The notes beneath the pieces are model-generated. The model was not told the origin of the DNA and ran no database searches. It worked only from the letters and a program-made list of their open reading frames with translations. Of a stretch of DNA of 64,000 nt, positions 20,480 through 29,856 are shown one piece after another (positions within the stretch are counted from its first letter, which is position 1; every line of letters begins with the position of its first letter). Source of the DNA: a virus (taxonomy: Duplodnaviria; Heunggongvirae; Uroviricota; Caudoviricetes); the IMG/VR virus record IMGVR_UViG_3300038492_000258, positions 44,995-108,994 of that record. One strand, given 5' to 3'. The translations under genes and the position numbers were made by a program.

Positions 20480-21895
20480 TTAGAACAATCCTAGGTCGCT
20501 TCGTAAGAACGAAGGTGCCCCAACATTGAATCTACTATTACCAGTTGCAAATACCACAATACGGTGGTTCGGCTGGAAGAAATCGTGCGAAACGTTGAAC
20601 GTATTGAACGAACTGTAGTTGTAAGTGATAGTCATATTATCACCACCAGCTTCACCGCCGCCTTGCTCAACACCCGTCAGACGGTTAGCACTACCAAGGT
20701 CAACCTGCATACCATCACAAGTACGAATGATGATCGTGTTAGATTCCGAAGTGTTATCCGGACCACAATCAATATCCGATCTCGCATCAACAAAGTCACC
20801 CTGAGATGTAATCACCTCAATGGCACACGTTGCCTCAAGCGGGAAGGCAGGAGTCTTGGTGAACGGACGCTTCGAACCCAGCTCAAAAATATCGTCTCGG
20901 GCAACCGAGAACGAAACAGTAATCGTCGAGATGTGCTCAATAATGTTATCCGTATTAGCATCACCGATGAGCTGAGTACTAGCAGAAGCCGTGCCCGGAC
21001 CCTCAGAACCAAAGCCACCATTCACAAAGGCAGCGTTAATACCTGAAGATTGGAAACGAACAACACCAGGAACGTCTTCCGGCAGAACCGAGCGACGAAT
21101 ATCAACCTCTTCACGACGCTGCACACCAGAACCAACAATGATAACACCGAATCGATCGGTACCACCAGCAAGCTCAGATGCACCACCTTCAACAAGAGCC
21201 GACGTTAGACCGTCATTACCAAATACACCAGACGGCAAACCTTCAGGAGCATTCGGGTTATTACCCAATGCATCATCAGGCCAAATAACTAGCGGCTCAC
21301 CACCACCGAGACCATTGTTGTGACCAGCAGTCACACCAGAAACAGCCTCCATAGCACCCCAGATCTTATCGTTACCAACAAGGGTAATGTCTTCAGTTAC
21401 CGCACCATCAATCGGGTAAGTGTACGAAACACTTGACAGGAACATACCCGAAGCCGTTACGATAGAAAGCGGACGCCCGGTAGCACGGAACTGTGTATCC
21501 GGGAAAATCTGCAAGGCAATATCTACACTATAATTAGCAGTACGAGCAACAATGTCGTTAGCCTGAGTGGGGTCAGTACACATAAAGAACAGCGGCTTCG
21601 TGCCATCAATTACTTTAGATAGTGTAACTTCCACATCCGGCTGACGCTCAGAGTATTCATACAATTCAACCTGACCGAGCTGGAAAGTCTGCTCAAGGTT
21701 GAATGTCGTGCTCATACCCGCACTCTGCATTCCGCGAGGTACCTCCCACAGCCCCAACACCTCGTCAACACCAGATGCAAGCGGCCCTGTGATGTACTCA
21801 CGCGAATTCAGAGGGGCAACAGAGCTAGTAGCAGCAGCTCCATTGTCCTTAATGGCCACCTGTTGGATGGCCCAGAATACGCGATTGTTAGTCAT
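20480..21895 (-). CDS. Major tail tube protein (two tandem tube-like domains)
   Basis: MTNNRVFWAIQQV start; repeated motif FQLGQVELY...PDVEVTLSKVI / FELGSKRPF...PLEATCAIEVI; own late motif, SD and terminators. Confidence 0.75.
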   Translation of the reverse strand: MTNNRVFWAIQQVAIKDNGAAATSSVAPLNSREYITGPLASGVDEVLGLWEVPRGMQSAGMSTTFNLEQTFQLGQVELYEYSERQPDVEVTLSKVIDGTKPLFFMCTDPTQANDIVARTANYSVDIALQIFPDTQFRATGRPLSIVTASGMFLSSVSYTYPIDGAVTEDITLVGNDKIWGAMEAVSGVTAGHNNGLGGGEPLVIWPDDALGNNPNAPEGLPSGVFGNDGLTSALVEGGASELAGGTDRFGVIIVGSGVQRREEVDIRRSVLPEDVPGVVRFQSSGINAAFVNGGFGSEGPGTASASTQLIGDANTDNIIEHISTITVSFSVARDDIFELGSKRPFTKTPAFPLEATCAIEVITSQGDFVDARSDIDCGPDNTSESNTIIIRTCDGMQVDLGSANRLTGVEQGGGEAGGDNMTITYNYSSFNTFNVSHDFFQPNHRIVVFATGNSRFNVGAPSFLRSDLGLF

Positions 21896-21960
21896 GACAG
21901 AAAAACTCCTTCAATTAAACTTTGCAAAGTTTGAGGCCGTTCGGTTACCTCAGTGAATAT

Positions 21961-21969
21961 TACACTAAA
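21961..21969 (-). promoter_or_regulatory. Candidate late promoter core TTTAGTGTA
   Basis: Exact motif ~65 nt upstream of the tail tube ATG. Confidence 0.6.
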
Positions 21970-21975
21970 GGTTAC

Positions 21976-23001
21976 TTAAAGACCCGTATCTCCAATGGTT
22001 GGAATGTTTGTGATAGGACCAAATAAGTGACCAAGAGGCGTAGTTGGAGCATTTAAATATACTTTTACTTTATAATCTACAATAGATCGCTCAAATTCCT
22101 CTTGAGGTGGAATATTCTGAGCGGTTACCTCTTCAATAAAAGCTGTGTATCTCACAGGAGCACCAGAACCAACTGTAGTAATTAGTACATTATTTCTAAG
22201 CATGTCCTGATACGGAACATACTCAGGGGATAGAGTATTCAGGATGCCTGACAACGGCAAAGGTGCTCTATTAAAATCAATCACGGGCACAGTCTTTCTA
22301 GTCTGAGCAGTTAAAATATCAACGATATTATCACGCTCTAAATCATTAAGTGCCCAAATATGAAAACGTAAATTGTCCTGAATAATAAGACTTCTGTTGC
22401 CCAGTTCATACGCCTCGAACTCTCTATCAGTTAACTCAAGGAATACCGCTGGGAAAGGAAAAGCATTACCACTAGGGTATACCATCTGATATGATGTTTC
22501 CGGATTTGTCCAATATTTAGACTCCAGAACACCATCGTTGTGCTGCTGATTAAACTTATGCTCAAAGTCAGTTCTTACTTGTCTCGCCGTGAAAGCTGCT
22601 TGAACTTTGAGACCGAGCGGCTGAGGGGAATTGAATATGATTCGACCGTTAATGTAGTCAATAGTATGGCCAAACTCGCTATCATCAGGAGTCCTGAGAG
22701 CACCCTCAATGTAAACGCCACTGGCAGTAAGAGGAGGCGAAGCAACATTTGTCCCATCAAGCGGAACCCCTGACTCATAGACCCACTCTCGGAACGCTGA
22801 CTGCCAAACTTGACCATCCCCTACTCCTGTGAAATAATTGTCCGCATTGGTATCTGGCAGCAAAACACTCATGTCGCTACCGTCGTAAAATTGTTGACCG
22901 CTAGCAATATTGACGAAAGCACCCTCACGCAACATATGCATGTCCGTGAAGAATTTGAAGTTTAGCTTCAGTAATGCTCGTAATTTAAAGTCAAGTGCCA
23001 T
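21976..23001 (-). CDS. Tail terminator/completion-like protein
   Basis: Directly upstream of the tube gene; C-terminal FPFPAVFLE...RFHIWA...ERDNIVDIL resembles tail terminators. Confidence 0.55.
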   Translation of the reverse strand: MALDFKLRALLKLNFKFFTDMHMLREGAFVNIASGQQFYDGSDMSVLLPDTNADNYFTGVGDGQVWQSAFREWVYESGVPLDGTNVASPPLTASGVYIEGALRTPDDSEFGHTIDYINGRIIFNSPQPLGLKVQAAFTARQVRTDFEHKFNQQHNDGVLESKYWTNPETSYQMVYPSGNAFPFPAVFLELTDREFEAYELGNRSLIIQDNLRFHIWALNDLERDNIVDILTAQTRKTVPVIDFNRAPLPLSGILNTLSPEYVPYQDMLRNNVLITTVGSGAPVRYTAFIEEVTAQNIPPQEEFERSIVDYKVKVYLNAPTTPLGHLFGPITNIPTIGDTGL

Positions 23002-23534
23002 TAGCCGTCATTCACTCCACCAGTATTTGCCTGCTCTTCAATTTCCTCGCCCTTAACCATTAAGTATCTACGCACACTAAATCCAATCGGTCGCGTTTCT
23101 TTTATGTTGTAACGACGACCTTCAATACTCATACTTAATGCTTCTTTTACGTGAGGCAATGCTTCAACCACCACAGTAATCATCACCTCATTGTCTTTTA
23201 AATCACCAATACCATCTGTGTCGTCTGCTCCCATTGGACCAACACGAATGTGGGCTAAATACTCAACCTCCCGAGTAGTAATCTTAGTCCCTCGTCCACG
23301 AGTATTCGTATTAGGAGTAGCCACACCACCAAAGAATGGGTTAAATTGGCCAGCTTGCGGTTGCCCTTGGGTAGATACATCTTGTTCAACGCTCGGCTCC
23401 AGGTGGAAAGTTACGGTGCGACCTAGAGACGCTAATGCATCATCCATACAGCTATGATAAATCTGTTCAAAAGCCGCAACGTCAATAACACCGCTAGCCT
23501 GTGATAGATCCTGATTGTTAGGTACCAACACCAT
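23001..23534 (-). CDS. Head closure/neck protein
   Basis: Synteny; C-terminal IEGRRYNIKETRPIG...YL typical of head-tail joining beta-barrels. Confidence 0.55.
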   Translation of the reverse strand: MVLVPNNQDLSQASGVIDVAAFEQIYHSCMDDALASLGRTVTFHLEPSVEQDVSTQGQPQAGQFNPFFGGVATPNTNTRGRGTKITTREVEYLAHIRVGPMGADDTDGIGDLKDNEVMITVVVEALPHVKEALSMSIEGRRYNIKETRPIGFSVRRYLMVKGEEIEEQANTGGVNDG

Positions 23535-24108
23535 TGTCTAACTGCGACCTCTGAATTACTTCGGGTAAAATACGAACTTTAATATATCCATCAACCAATA
23601 CTAGAGTACGATCATCAGGATTGTTTTCCCATACTGGAAGTTTCGTGACAGGATCAATAAATTCCCCTGAAAAACCAAAGCCTCTAAAGGTCACTTGGTG
23701 GGGGTCAGATGTCAATCCACTCAAAAATCTTCCTACACGAATTCCTCCAAACGAAGATGAGTTCGTGAGAGTACCACTAGGACCAGCATATGCATGATCT
23801 CCGCTTTGCACGGTTCCTACGATATGAACCCAGTCTGTCTCAAAATCACCTTGTGTCGCAATACCAACAGTCCCCCAAGCGACATCAGTATTGCGAATTC
23901 TTTGTGGGTGAAACTCGCGAGCAAAATTGATATGTTCAATATCGTTAAGCTGCAAGCCCACCGGAATCATCCCGCTTGGGTCATGCTTATACTCAACGAT
24001 TGTACAACCAGATGCTGAGCCCCAACAGACTAAGCCGCCCCTCTCTTGTGTATAAGGGGTGACATAATCGTTGTTTACTTGCTGTGTTTGTCTAATCGGC
24101 CTTAACAT
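23518..24108 (-). CDS. Capsid cement/decoration-like protein, paralogue of 26463-26948
   Basis: Shared motifs M.LR..RQ, ERGG, P.GL.L.D[IV]E..N, VG[IL]AT.G[DE]F.TD[WF]V. Confidence 0.65.
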   Translation of the reverse strand: MLRPIRQTQQVNNDYVTPYTQERGGLVCWGSASGCTIVEYKHDPSGMIPVGLQLNDIEHINFAREFHPQRIRNTDVAWGTVGIATQGDFETDWVHIVGTVQSGDHAYAGPSGTLTNSSSFGGIRVGRFLSGLTSDPHQVTFRGFGFSGEFIDPVTKLPVWENNPDDRTLVLVDGYIKVRILPEVIQRSQLDNGVGT

Positions 24109-24436
24109 TGCGGAGAGCCCATTGGATCACTTGGATCTTGCGTTGTTTTGGCCAAGCTGCACAATACTTGACTTTGCACATTCTAACGCCAAGCTTGTCT
24201 AGTGTGTCTTCAGGGAGATGCCTTAATTCAGAATACGAGAAGCCGATCTCCGGAAAAGGTACACCAAACAGTTTTTGCAAAATATCTTCACGATATGTAG
24301 CGTCTTTAACTGCTCCTCTAATTTCCTTGTAAACTTCAAACGGCACGTCCACAGGATTTCTGCCAGTAGCTTGTCCGTAAATACGATAACCAGCTACATG
24401 CAAAACGCCTTTTGGATTTGCCGCATAGACTAACAT
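24092..24436 (-). CDS. Hypothetical protein (114 aa)
   Basis: ORF track; coupled in the operon. Confidence 0.65.
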   Translation of the reverse strand: MLVYAANPKGVLHVAGYRIYGQATGRNPVDVPFEVYKEIRGAVKDATYREDILQKLFGVPFPEIGFSYSELRHLPEDTLDKLGVRMCKVKYCAAWPKQRKIQVIQWALRNVKAD

Positions 24437-25308
24437 TAGTACACCATCTTACCGTAGTTACCAGTCTGTCTATTAAGGAAAGCACGCACAGCCATTTCGA
24501 GTTCTTTCTCACGAGTTGCCACATCTAATTTATGCAGATTAACTCGACTAGAAAGTCGGCCAGCAGATACTTGCACAACAGTACCATCTGGGTTTTTCAC
24601 CATCTTACCATCATTATCAGTTCCACTGGTTGTGACAGCAAACGGTCCAGACTTAGCAGTTGCAGCAAGTCGCTTGAGAGCACTGGTTTCCGCAGTAATG
24701 ATAATATATTCCATTTGCAGAATTACCAGATCACACAGCTCGTCATTGTTGGGCGTAATAGTCCCCGCCTCAACATCAACAGTAAGTTGACCTACCTGTA
24801 ATCTAGGTCCACCAAACGCTCCAGGAATACCCTGTGGTCTAGCAACTTTAGATAAACCTAATTTACCATTTAGGCGTCTCACTGCCTTCACAAGCACTCG
24901 TTTTAAGAAATCGTCATCAAAGACTTGCCCGTCTGGGTCTCCAATGTCAATACGAACTGCTTCATAAATTGTACCAGTTTTATCTGTGGCTGGCACAAAG
25001 CCGACTTGAATGTCAACTTCATTTACACAAAACGACTCAGATGCTTCCGCGAATGAGCCGCCTGTAGTAATTACGTCCCAATTAATTTTCCAGGTACCTA
25101 ACTGATACCCAGCGGGAATAACGCCAGAGCCAGTATATTTACCGACTGACGGATTGACCGCTACTCCACTAAAAGCAACGTTGTTAGCTGCATCAAGCAG
25201 CTCATATCCTACAAAGAAAGCATTGACCGGCGAACCGCCAGCTTGTAAATAAATATCAAGTGCCGAAGCTTCGGCCCCTACTGTCAGTGTTTTGGTTTCA
25301 CCAGACAT
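24436..25308 (-). CDS. Head-tail adaptor-like protein with N-terminal Ig-like domain
   Basis: First gene after the MCP terminator; beta-rich first ~95 aa, then helical AVRIDIGD...DDDFLKRVL. Confidence 0.55.
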   Translation of the reverse strand: MSGETKTLTVGAEASALDIYLQAGGSPVNAFFVGYELLDAANNVAFSGVAVNPSVGKYTGSGVIPAGYQLGTWKINWDVITTGGSFAEASESFCVNEVDIQVGFVPATDKTGTIYEAVRIDIGDPDGQVFDDDFLKRVLVKAVRRLNGKLGLSKVARPQGIPGAFGGPRLQVGQLTVDVEAGTITPNNDELCDLVILQMEYIIITAETSALKRLAATAKSGPFAVTTSGTDNDGKMVKNPDGTVVQVSAGRLSSRVNLHKLDVATREKELEMAVRAFLNRQTGNYGKMVY

Positions 25309-25337
25309 CTTTGCCTCCTCTTGGATCCAATGAAAAG

Positions 25338-25346
25338 TACACTAAA
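25338..25346 (-). promoter_or_regulatory. Candidate late promoter core TTTAGTGTA
   Basis: Exact motif overlapping the U-tract of the MCP terminator. Confidence 0.6.
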
Positions 25347-25380
25347 GAAAAGCGGCGGGCCACGTTTTGTAGCCCGCCGC
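25344..25380 (-). terminator. Rho-independent terminator after major capsid gene
   Basis: 9-bp stem GCGGCGGGC/GCCCGCCGC followed by TTTTCTTT on the minus strand. Confidence 0.85.
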
Positions 25381-25413
25381 CCATTCTAGCAACTCAACCT
25401 TATAAAATAAGAT

Positions 25414-26445
25414 TTAGAATTCGCCGATAAGAACACGACGAGGATCAAGAACGGCGAAGCCGTGCTCCATCCAGCCGTAGATACCAGCACGTTGCTGACG
25501 GTACAGAGCCGGATCTTCGTAGGTTTCAAGTTCCTTACGAATTGGCATGACAAAGCTGTCCATCGTGGACAGGTCCAGGCCGATGCAGAATTCCTGGAGA
25601 GCCACAGACGAAACCGTGCGGTGCGAGCGGTTAAGAGTAGTTTCGAGGAATTCCTCGTACTCCTGACCAACGCCCCACTCAGTCATTTCGTGCAGAACAA
25701 CACCGTAGATCTGGGCGAGACCATAATCACGGCTAACGAAGATCTCACGACGAGTGAACTCGTCGATCTCATCAACGTCCCAAGCACGAATGTCTTCCAT
25801 AGCTTCCAGTGACAGGTAGACATCGGTCAGACGACCGGCGTTACCGTTACCACCCGCACCACGCGTCATCGCCGTCTTCATACGAGAGATAAGTTCTTTA
25901 GTGAACTGACCACCCGCAGGAGTCGGAGCAAGCGTAGAGCCGGTGAACGCACCACCACCAACAGCAGAAACGACCAGACCACGACCGTCAGCAGCACCGA
26001 TCAGGGTACGCCAACCGTCAGAGTTGATCTTACGAACAAAACCAGCTTCGTAAACACGGATCGCACGCATAATAACGTCGAAACGAGCTTCTTCAGCGTA
26101 CTTAATCGACCAATCGATCGAGTTAGCAATGTTGAAGGTCGGGACCCACAACTCGTCGCCTTCTACGTGACGCTCAGGGACTCTACCCTGCTTCGGCAGC
26201 GTGAAAGCGATGAAATTGTCTTCCTCACCGGGCTTGACGAAATCTAGCGGGTAATTAGCTTGGGCACCCGGTGCAAGCACCTGACGCTCAAAAATACCAC
26301 CTAGATTGTCACGGTCAAAGACACCCTCGCGGAGCGGTTTCTGAAGCTCAGCGGCGAAAGCACGCTGTGCTTGCGTACGAATACGCTCGTCAGGGTGAAC
26401 CGTTGCCTGGAGAGCTTCAACAGCAGCTTGAGAATAATTCTTCAT
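25414..26445 (-). CDS. Major capsid protein (HK97 fold)
   Basis: 343 aa; follows protease and cement genes; strong SD AGGAGG; biased codon use; terminator downstream; motifs GRVPER...VPTF.I...IDW. Confidence 0.88.
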   Translation of the reverse strand: MKNYSQAAVEALQATVHPDERIRTQAQRAFAAELQKPLREGVFDRDNLGGIFERQVLAPGAQANYPLDFVKPGEEDNFIAFTLPKQGRVPERHVEGDELWVPTFNIANSIDWSIKYAEEARFDVIMRAIRVYEAGFVRKINSDGWRTLIGAADGRGLVVSAVGGGAFTGSTLAPTPAGGQFTKELISRMKTAMTRGAGGNGNAGRLTDVYLSLEAMEDIRAWDVDEIDEFTRREIFVSRDYGLAQIYGVVLHEMTEWGVGQEYEEFLETTLNRSHRTVSSVALQEFCIGLDLSTMDSFVMPIRKELETYEDPALYRQQRAGIYGWMEHGFAVLDPRRVLIGEF

Positions 26446-26462
26446 TGCGTTAGCCTCCTAAC

Positions 26463-26948
26463 TTAAATGTCCAGCCTGATCTTCAGGAAACCATCCGAGG
26501 TCAGCGAAGACAGAGCACGTCCAATTTGCGGACGCAGGGCAGTACCAGTGTTATTGAAGGTACCGTTGTTACGCGATACCTGCCCGTTGTCGGCGAGATA
26601 CAGTAGATCTCCAGGTGCATATGTGCCTACAGAAATTGCTCCAGGACCGGTTTGCTCCACAAAATCAGTGTGGAATTCACCTTCCGTAGCAAGACCAACG
26701 ACACTACCTTGCGGAGAAACATTGCGTTGACGATACTCAGGGTGACGCATGTAGTTTAACGCTTCAACATCATCCAGGAGTAGACCAGCAGGCAACGCAA
26801 GTGTACCAGATACCGCAGTAGCATCTGCATAAGCACACAGACCTTCGACACCGGGAACATAAGACATGATGCCACCACGCTCTGCAACGCCAGAACTAGT
26901 ACAATCGATAAGCGTATCGAATACTTGACGCGATTCTCTTAGAGCCAT
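26463..26948 (-). CDS. Capsid cement/decoration protein
   Basis: 161 aa between scaffold and MCP; YAPGDLLYLADNGQVS...IGRAL motif; SD AAGGAGG. Confidence 0.75.
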   Translation of the reverse strand: MALRESRQVFDTLIDCTSSGVAERGGIMSYVPGVEGLCAYADATAVSGTLALPAGLLLDDVEALNYMRHPEYRQRNVSPQGSVVGLATEGEFHTDFVEQTGPGAISVGTYAPGDLLYLADNGQVSRNNGTFNNTGTALRPQIGRALSSLTSDGFLKIRLDI

Positions 26949-26959
26949 AGTTAGCCTCC

Positions 26960-28792
26960 TTATTCAACGGGATCAAAACCCGGACGCTTGTCCGCAGCTT
27001 CTTCACCCGCATCTTCCTCAGTTTCAGTGATCGCTGCTGCCAGGGCAGCAAACGGATTCACACCATTACCATTGTCACCAGCCTGCGAAGCACCGGCAAG
27101 GTCCACGTTGCTCTCTTCCTCGACATTGTCAAGTTCGCCAGCAAGGTCGTCACCATCGGCAGCACTTCCAGCGATCTTATGACGCTGGGTTCTCAGAGTC
27201 CCAGGGTTCACACCAGACTTAACATCCTCACCACCGGGGTGATTAGTAAGTCCTTCGGATCCCTGAAGACGTTCCCTAAGAAGGTCGAAGACATCAGCTT
27301 TCGCCTCGTCTTTTTCTTTCCCCTTCTTAAGGTTTTTCATTTTATCTTCTTTTTTGGCTTTGTCGTCAGCCGCTTCCGTCTGACCAGCCATATCCATAAG
27401 TACCAGAGAGTGTTCGGCCAGCCACTCGTCATACGCTTCTTCGTCTAGATCCGCAGCACGGCTGACAAGTACTTCAACCGTATCCTCGGGTAGACCTTTA
27501 AACGTTGCACGAACTTGTTCTTCACGAACAATCTGTGCGGCCTTAGCAAGTTCTGCTTCTAGTTCGTCAGCACGAGCTGCCTTCGTACGAAGTTCAGCCA
27601 TCGACTGTTCGAGCCAAGCAAGTTTCGCCTTCCAAACAGCGTCACCAGAATCACCGGCTGCATCAATAGCTGCAATTTCCGATGGGGTGCTGTCCGTAGC
27701 ACCAGCTTCAGTCTGAACAAGAGTATCGACAGCTTCGTTAAAAGCTTCAATTTCCTTATTGAGAGCATCCACTTCCTGGCCCTTATTTTCTCCAGCCTCG
27801 TTGAGCGTGTTAATCTCAGCCTCAAGCTCTTCATTCTTGCTCTCCGCAGCGGTTACCCGTGCTTTGAGATCTTCGAGTTCAGCCTTTTGAGCCTGAGCCT
27901 TTTCACGCTCGTCGAGCAAGTTTTGAATGTCCGCCTTAGTTAGATTAGCGGCGTCATCCTTTTTATCTGCTTGAGCATTCATTAGGACTTCCTCCTTAAC
28001 GAGATTATTAACATTAGCTTCGACCTCTGCTAGTCGTTCCAACAGAAGCCTAATCTGTTCTTCCTCTGACGAGGCAACAGTATCAAACTGATGAACGTCA
28101 GTAATGAAAGAACGCTTGTTAGCGGGACGGTCAACGAAACCACAACCACCGAACGTAATAGAACTTAATACACGACCGATCCGCTTACCTTCATACAATC
28201 CGTCTCCTCGGTTAGCACGTAAATGCTCATCCAAGAAAGCGGTGCTTTTATTGCGTGCGATAGTTTGACACAGAGTTCCGTCTTTCTCAAAAAGACCATA
28301 CTGATAGTTATCAAACCATGCCTCCATAGAGACAAAAAGATCGCCAGCCTTCACTCGGGCTTCGATCTCATTGGCACGTTCTTGGTGGATTAATCTAAAA
28401 ACAACCGCCTCTGTCCATAGATCAAAATCGACAGAAGGCGGTGTATCATCATCAAAATCAAGAATATTACCGTCCAGGTCACGAGCCTGGACAGAATACA
28501 TTACGCCCACAATGTCTTTGTCTTGATGTTGCCAATTTAATGGCTTGAGGGCAGGAGTGTGGCGGGCAGCCCATGCCTCCTCGCGAGTAAAGATATCATC
28601 ATTATCATTTACACCCGCTCTGAGCCCCGCCGACACTAGGCATGATTCGACATAAAGCAAATCCATCTGAGGCATAACTTTAAACCCGTAGCGTTCAACT
28701 GCCGCCGCAACAGTCTTAAAGCGGTCCGATTCCGGATTGACGGACTCGGCTTTTGCTACGCAAAAAGTCTTGAAATTACCTAAAGTGTTCAT
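26960..28792 (-). CDS. Prohead protease-scaffold fusion
   Basis: N-terminal NDNDDIF...KPLNWQH...IVG...VSME...FGGCGFVDRPAN protease-like motifs; C-terminal acidic coiled coil. Confidence 0.8.
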   Translation of the reverse strand: MNTLGNFKTFCVAKAESVNPESDRFKTVAAAVERYGFKVMPQMDLLYVESCLVSAGLRAGVNDNDDIFTREEAWAARHTPALKPLNWQHQDKDIVGVMYSVQARDLDGNILDFDDDTPPSVDFDLWTEAVVFRLIHQERANEIEARVKAGDLFVSMEAWFDNYQYGLFEKDGTLCQTIARNKSTAFLDEHLRANRGDGLYEGKRIGRVLSSITFGGCGFVDRPANKRSFITDVHQFDTVASSEEEQIRLLLERLAEVEANVNNLVKEEVLMNAQADKKDDAANLTKADIQNLLDEREKAQAQKAELEDLKARVTAAESKNEELEAEINTLNEAGENKGQEVDALNKEIEAFNEAVDTLVQTEAGATDSTPSEIAAIDAAGDSGDAVWKAKLAWLEQSMAELRTKAARADELEAELAKAAQIVREEQVRATFKGLPEDTVEVLVSRAADLDEEAYDEWLAEHSLVLMDMAGQTEAADDKAKKEDKMKNLKKGKEKDEAKADVFDLLRERLQGSEGLTNHPGGEDVKSGVNPGTLRTQRHKIAGSAADGDDLAGELDNVEEESNVDLAGASQAGDNGNGVNPFAALAAAITETEEDAGEEAADKRPGFDPVE

Positions 28793-28826
28793 GCCTAAAC
28801 CGTTAATAAACTAACTTTCTACGAAA

Positions 28827-29315
28827 TTAGCCAAAATTTTCTGGAGCGTGGTCATGTTTTCCATCGGGGTAATTAACCCCACCGTGCTCGTGCTCACCAT
28901 CTAACTGCACCATACCACCAGGGGCAGATTTGTGATGATGTGCTCCGAAACGGTTTTGTGGACCATGGTTATGACCACCACCCTGAGTTCCACCAGGAAC
29001 GTGTGAATGTAAACCTAGCGGATTAGATTCAGAATGAATATGTGTCCCATAATATAACGCCTCTTCGGCAGGCGTGGCAGGAGCGTGATCCCAAACCGGA
29101 ACACCGGCAGGTTTCTTCCCAGCTCCATACGGGTCATCCTTTGGTGTACCATTTTTATGATACCCAGGCTGCACATATAGTTTATCCATTTCTTGCGGAT
29201 CTTCGCTGGCACCGGCACGATCCATCGCATCACCAAACATATCTTTATTTAGTCCACGATTTTCTTCCTTGCCGATCCAATGATCACGCTTTAGAAATCT
29301 CTCAATGTTATTCAT
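28827..29315 (-). CDS. His-rich protein with HxH repeats
   Basis: HIH, HSH, HNH, HHH, HEH, HDH in the C-terminal half. Confidence 0.7.
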   Translation of the reverse strand: MNNIERFLKRDHWIGKEENRGLNKDMFGDAMDRAGASEDPQEMDKLYVQPGYHKNGTPKDDPYGAGKKPAGVPVWDHAPATPAEEALYYGTHIHSESNPLGLHSHVPGGTQGGGHNHGPQNRFGAHHHKSAPGGMVQLDGEHEHGGVNYPDGKHDHAPENFG

Positions 29316-29632
29316 TACTCAACGCCTTCCGTAAACTCTTCACCTGTCGTGTTTACACCAAGATCAGTTTCAGTGACCTCTTGTACAACCGACCGAGCAA
29401 CACCAGCGTTATCTCCACCCAAAAGACTGCCAGTTTCACCACTAACAGTTGCAGGCGGATTGAATTTATTACCACCGGCAGGAACGCCGGGAGTTAAAGT
29501 AACAACTTCCTTGTTACCATCACCATCAAAATCAATAGCACGATCTGTTACACGCTGCATCGAAGAACCAGACGTGCGAATCTGCATGATATTAATGTTA
29601 TTTGTAAATCCGGGTTGAAGATCACCAGCCAT
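29315..29632 (-). CDS. Hypothetical (possible virion) protein, 105 aa
   Basis: ORF track; coupled; Gly/Thr-rich. Confidence 0.65.
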   Translation of the reverse strand: MAGDLQPGFTNNINIMQIRTSGSSMQRVTDRAIDFDGDGNKEVVTLTPGVPAGGNKFNPPATVSGETGSLLGGDNAGVARSVVQEVTETDLGVNTTGEEFTEGVE

Positions 29633-29856
29633 TATTCATTCTCCTTCTTAAAACGCTTTGCCGCTTCACGTAATTCCCTTAAGGTTAACGGTCTCGACTT
29701 TACGCGTTTCTTTTTCTTCTTATCACCATCAGTTGGTTTTTGTGGATGGCGAAATGGATTGTTCCCCTGTTGTGCTGCTTTCTCCGCTCTACGAGCACGA
29801 ACCATCTCTAACAAGACTTCAATATCGTACTCGTTAATACCCTTTCTTTTCTTCAT
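29632..29856 (-). CDS. Small basic hypothetical protein (74 aa)
   Basis: ORF track; Lys/Arg-rich; coupled. Confidence 0.55.
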   Translation of the reverse strand: MKKRKGINEYDIEVLLEMVRARRAEKAAQQGNNPFRHPQKPTDGDKKKKKRVKSRPLTLRELREAAKRFKKENE

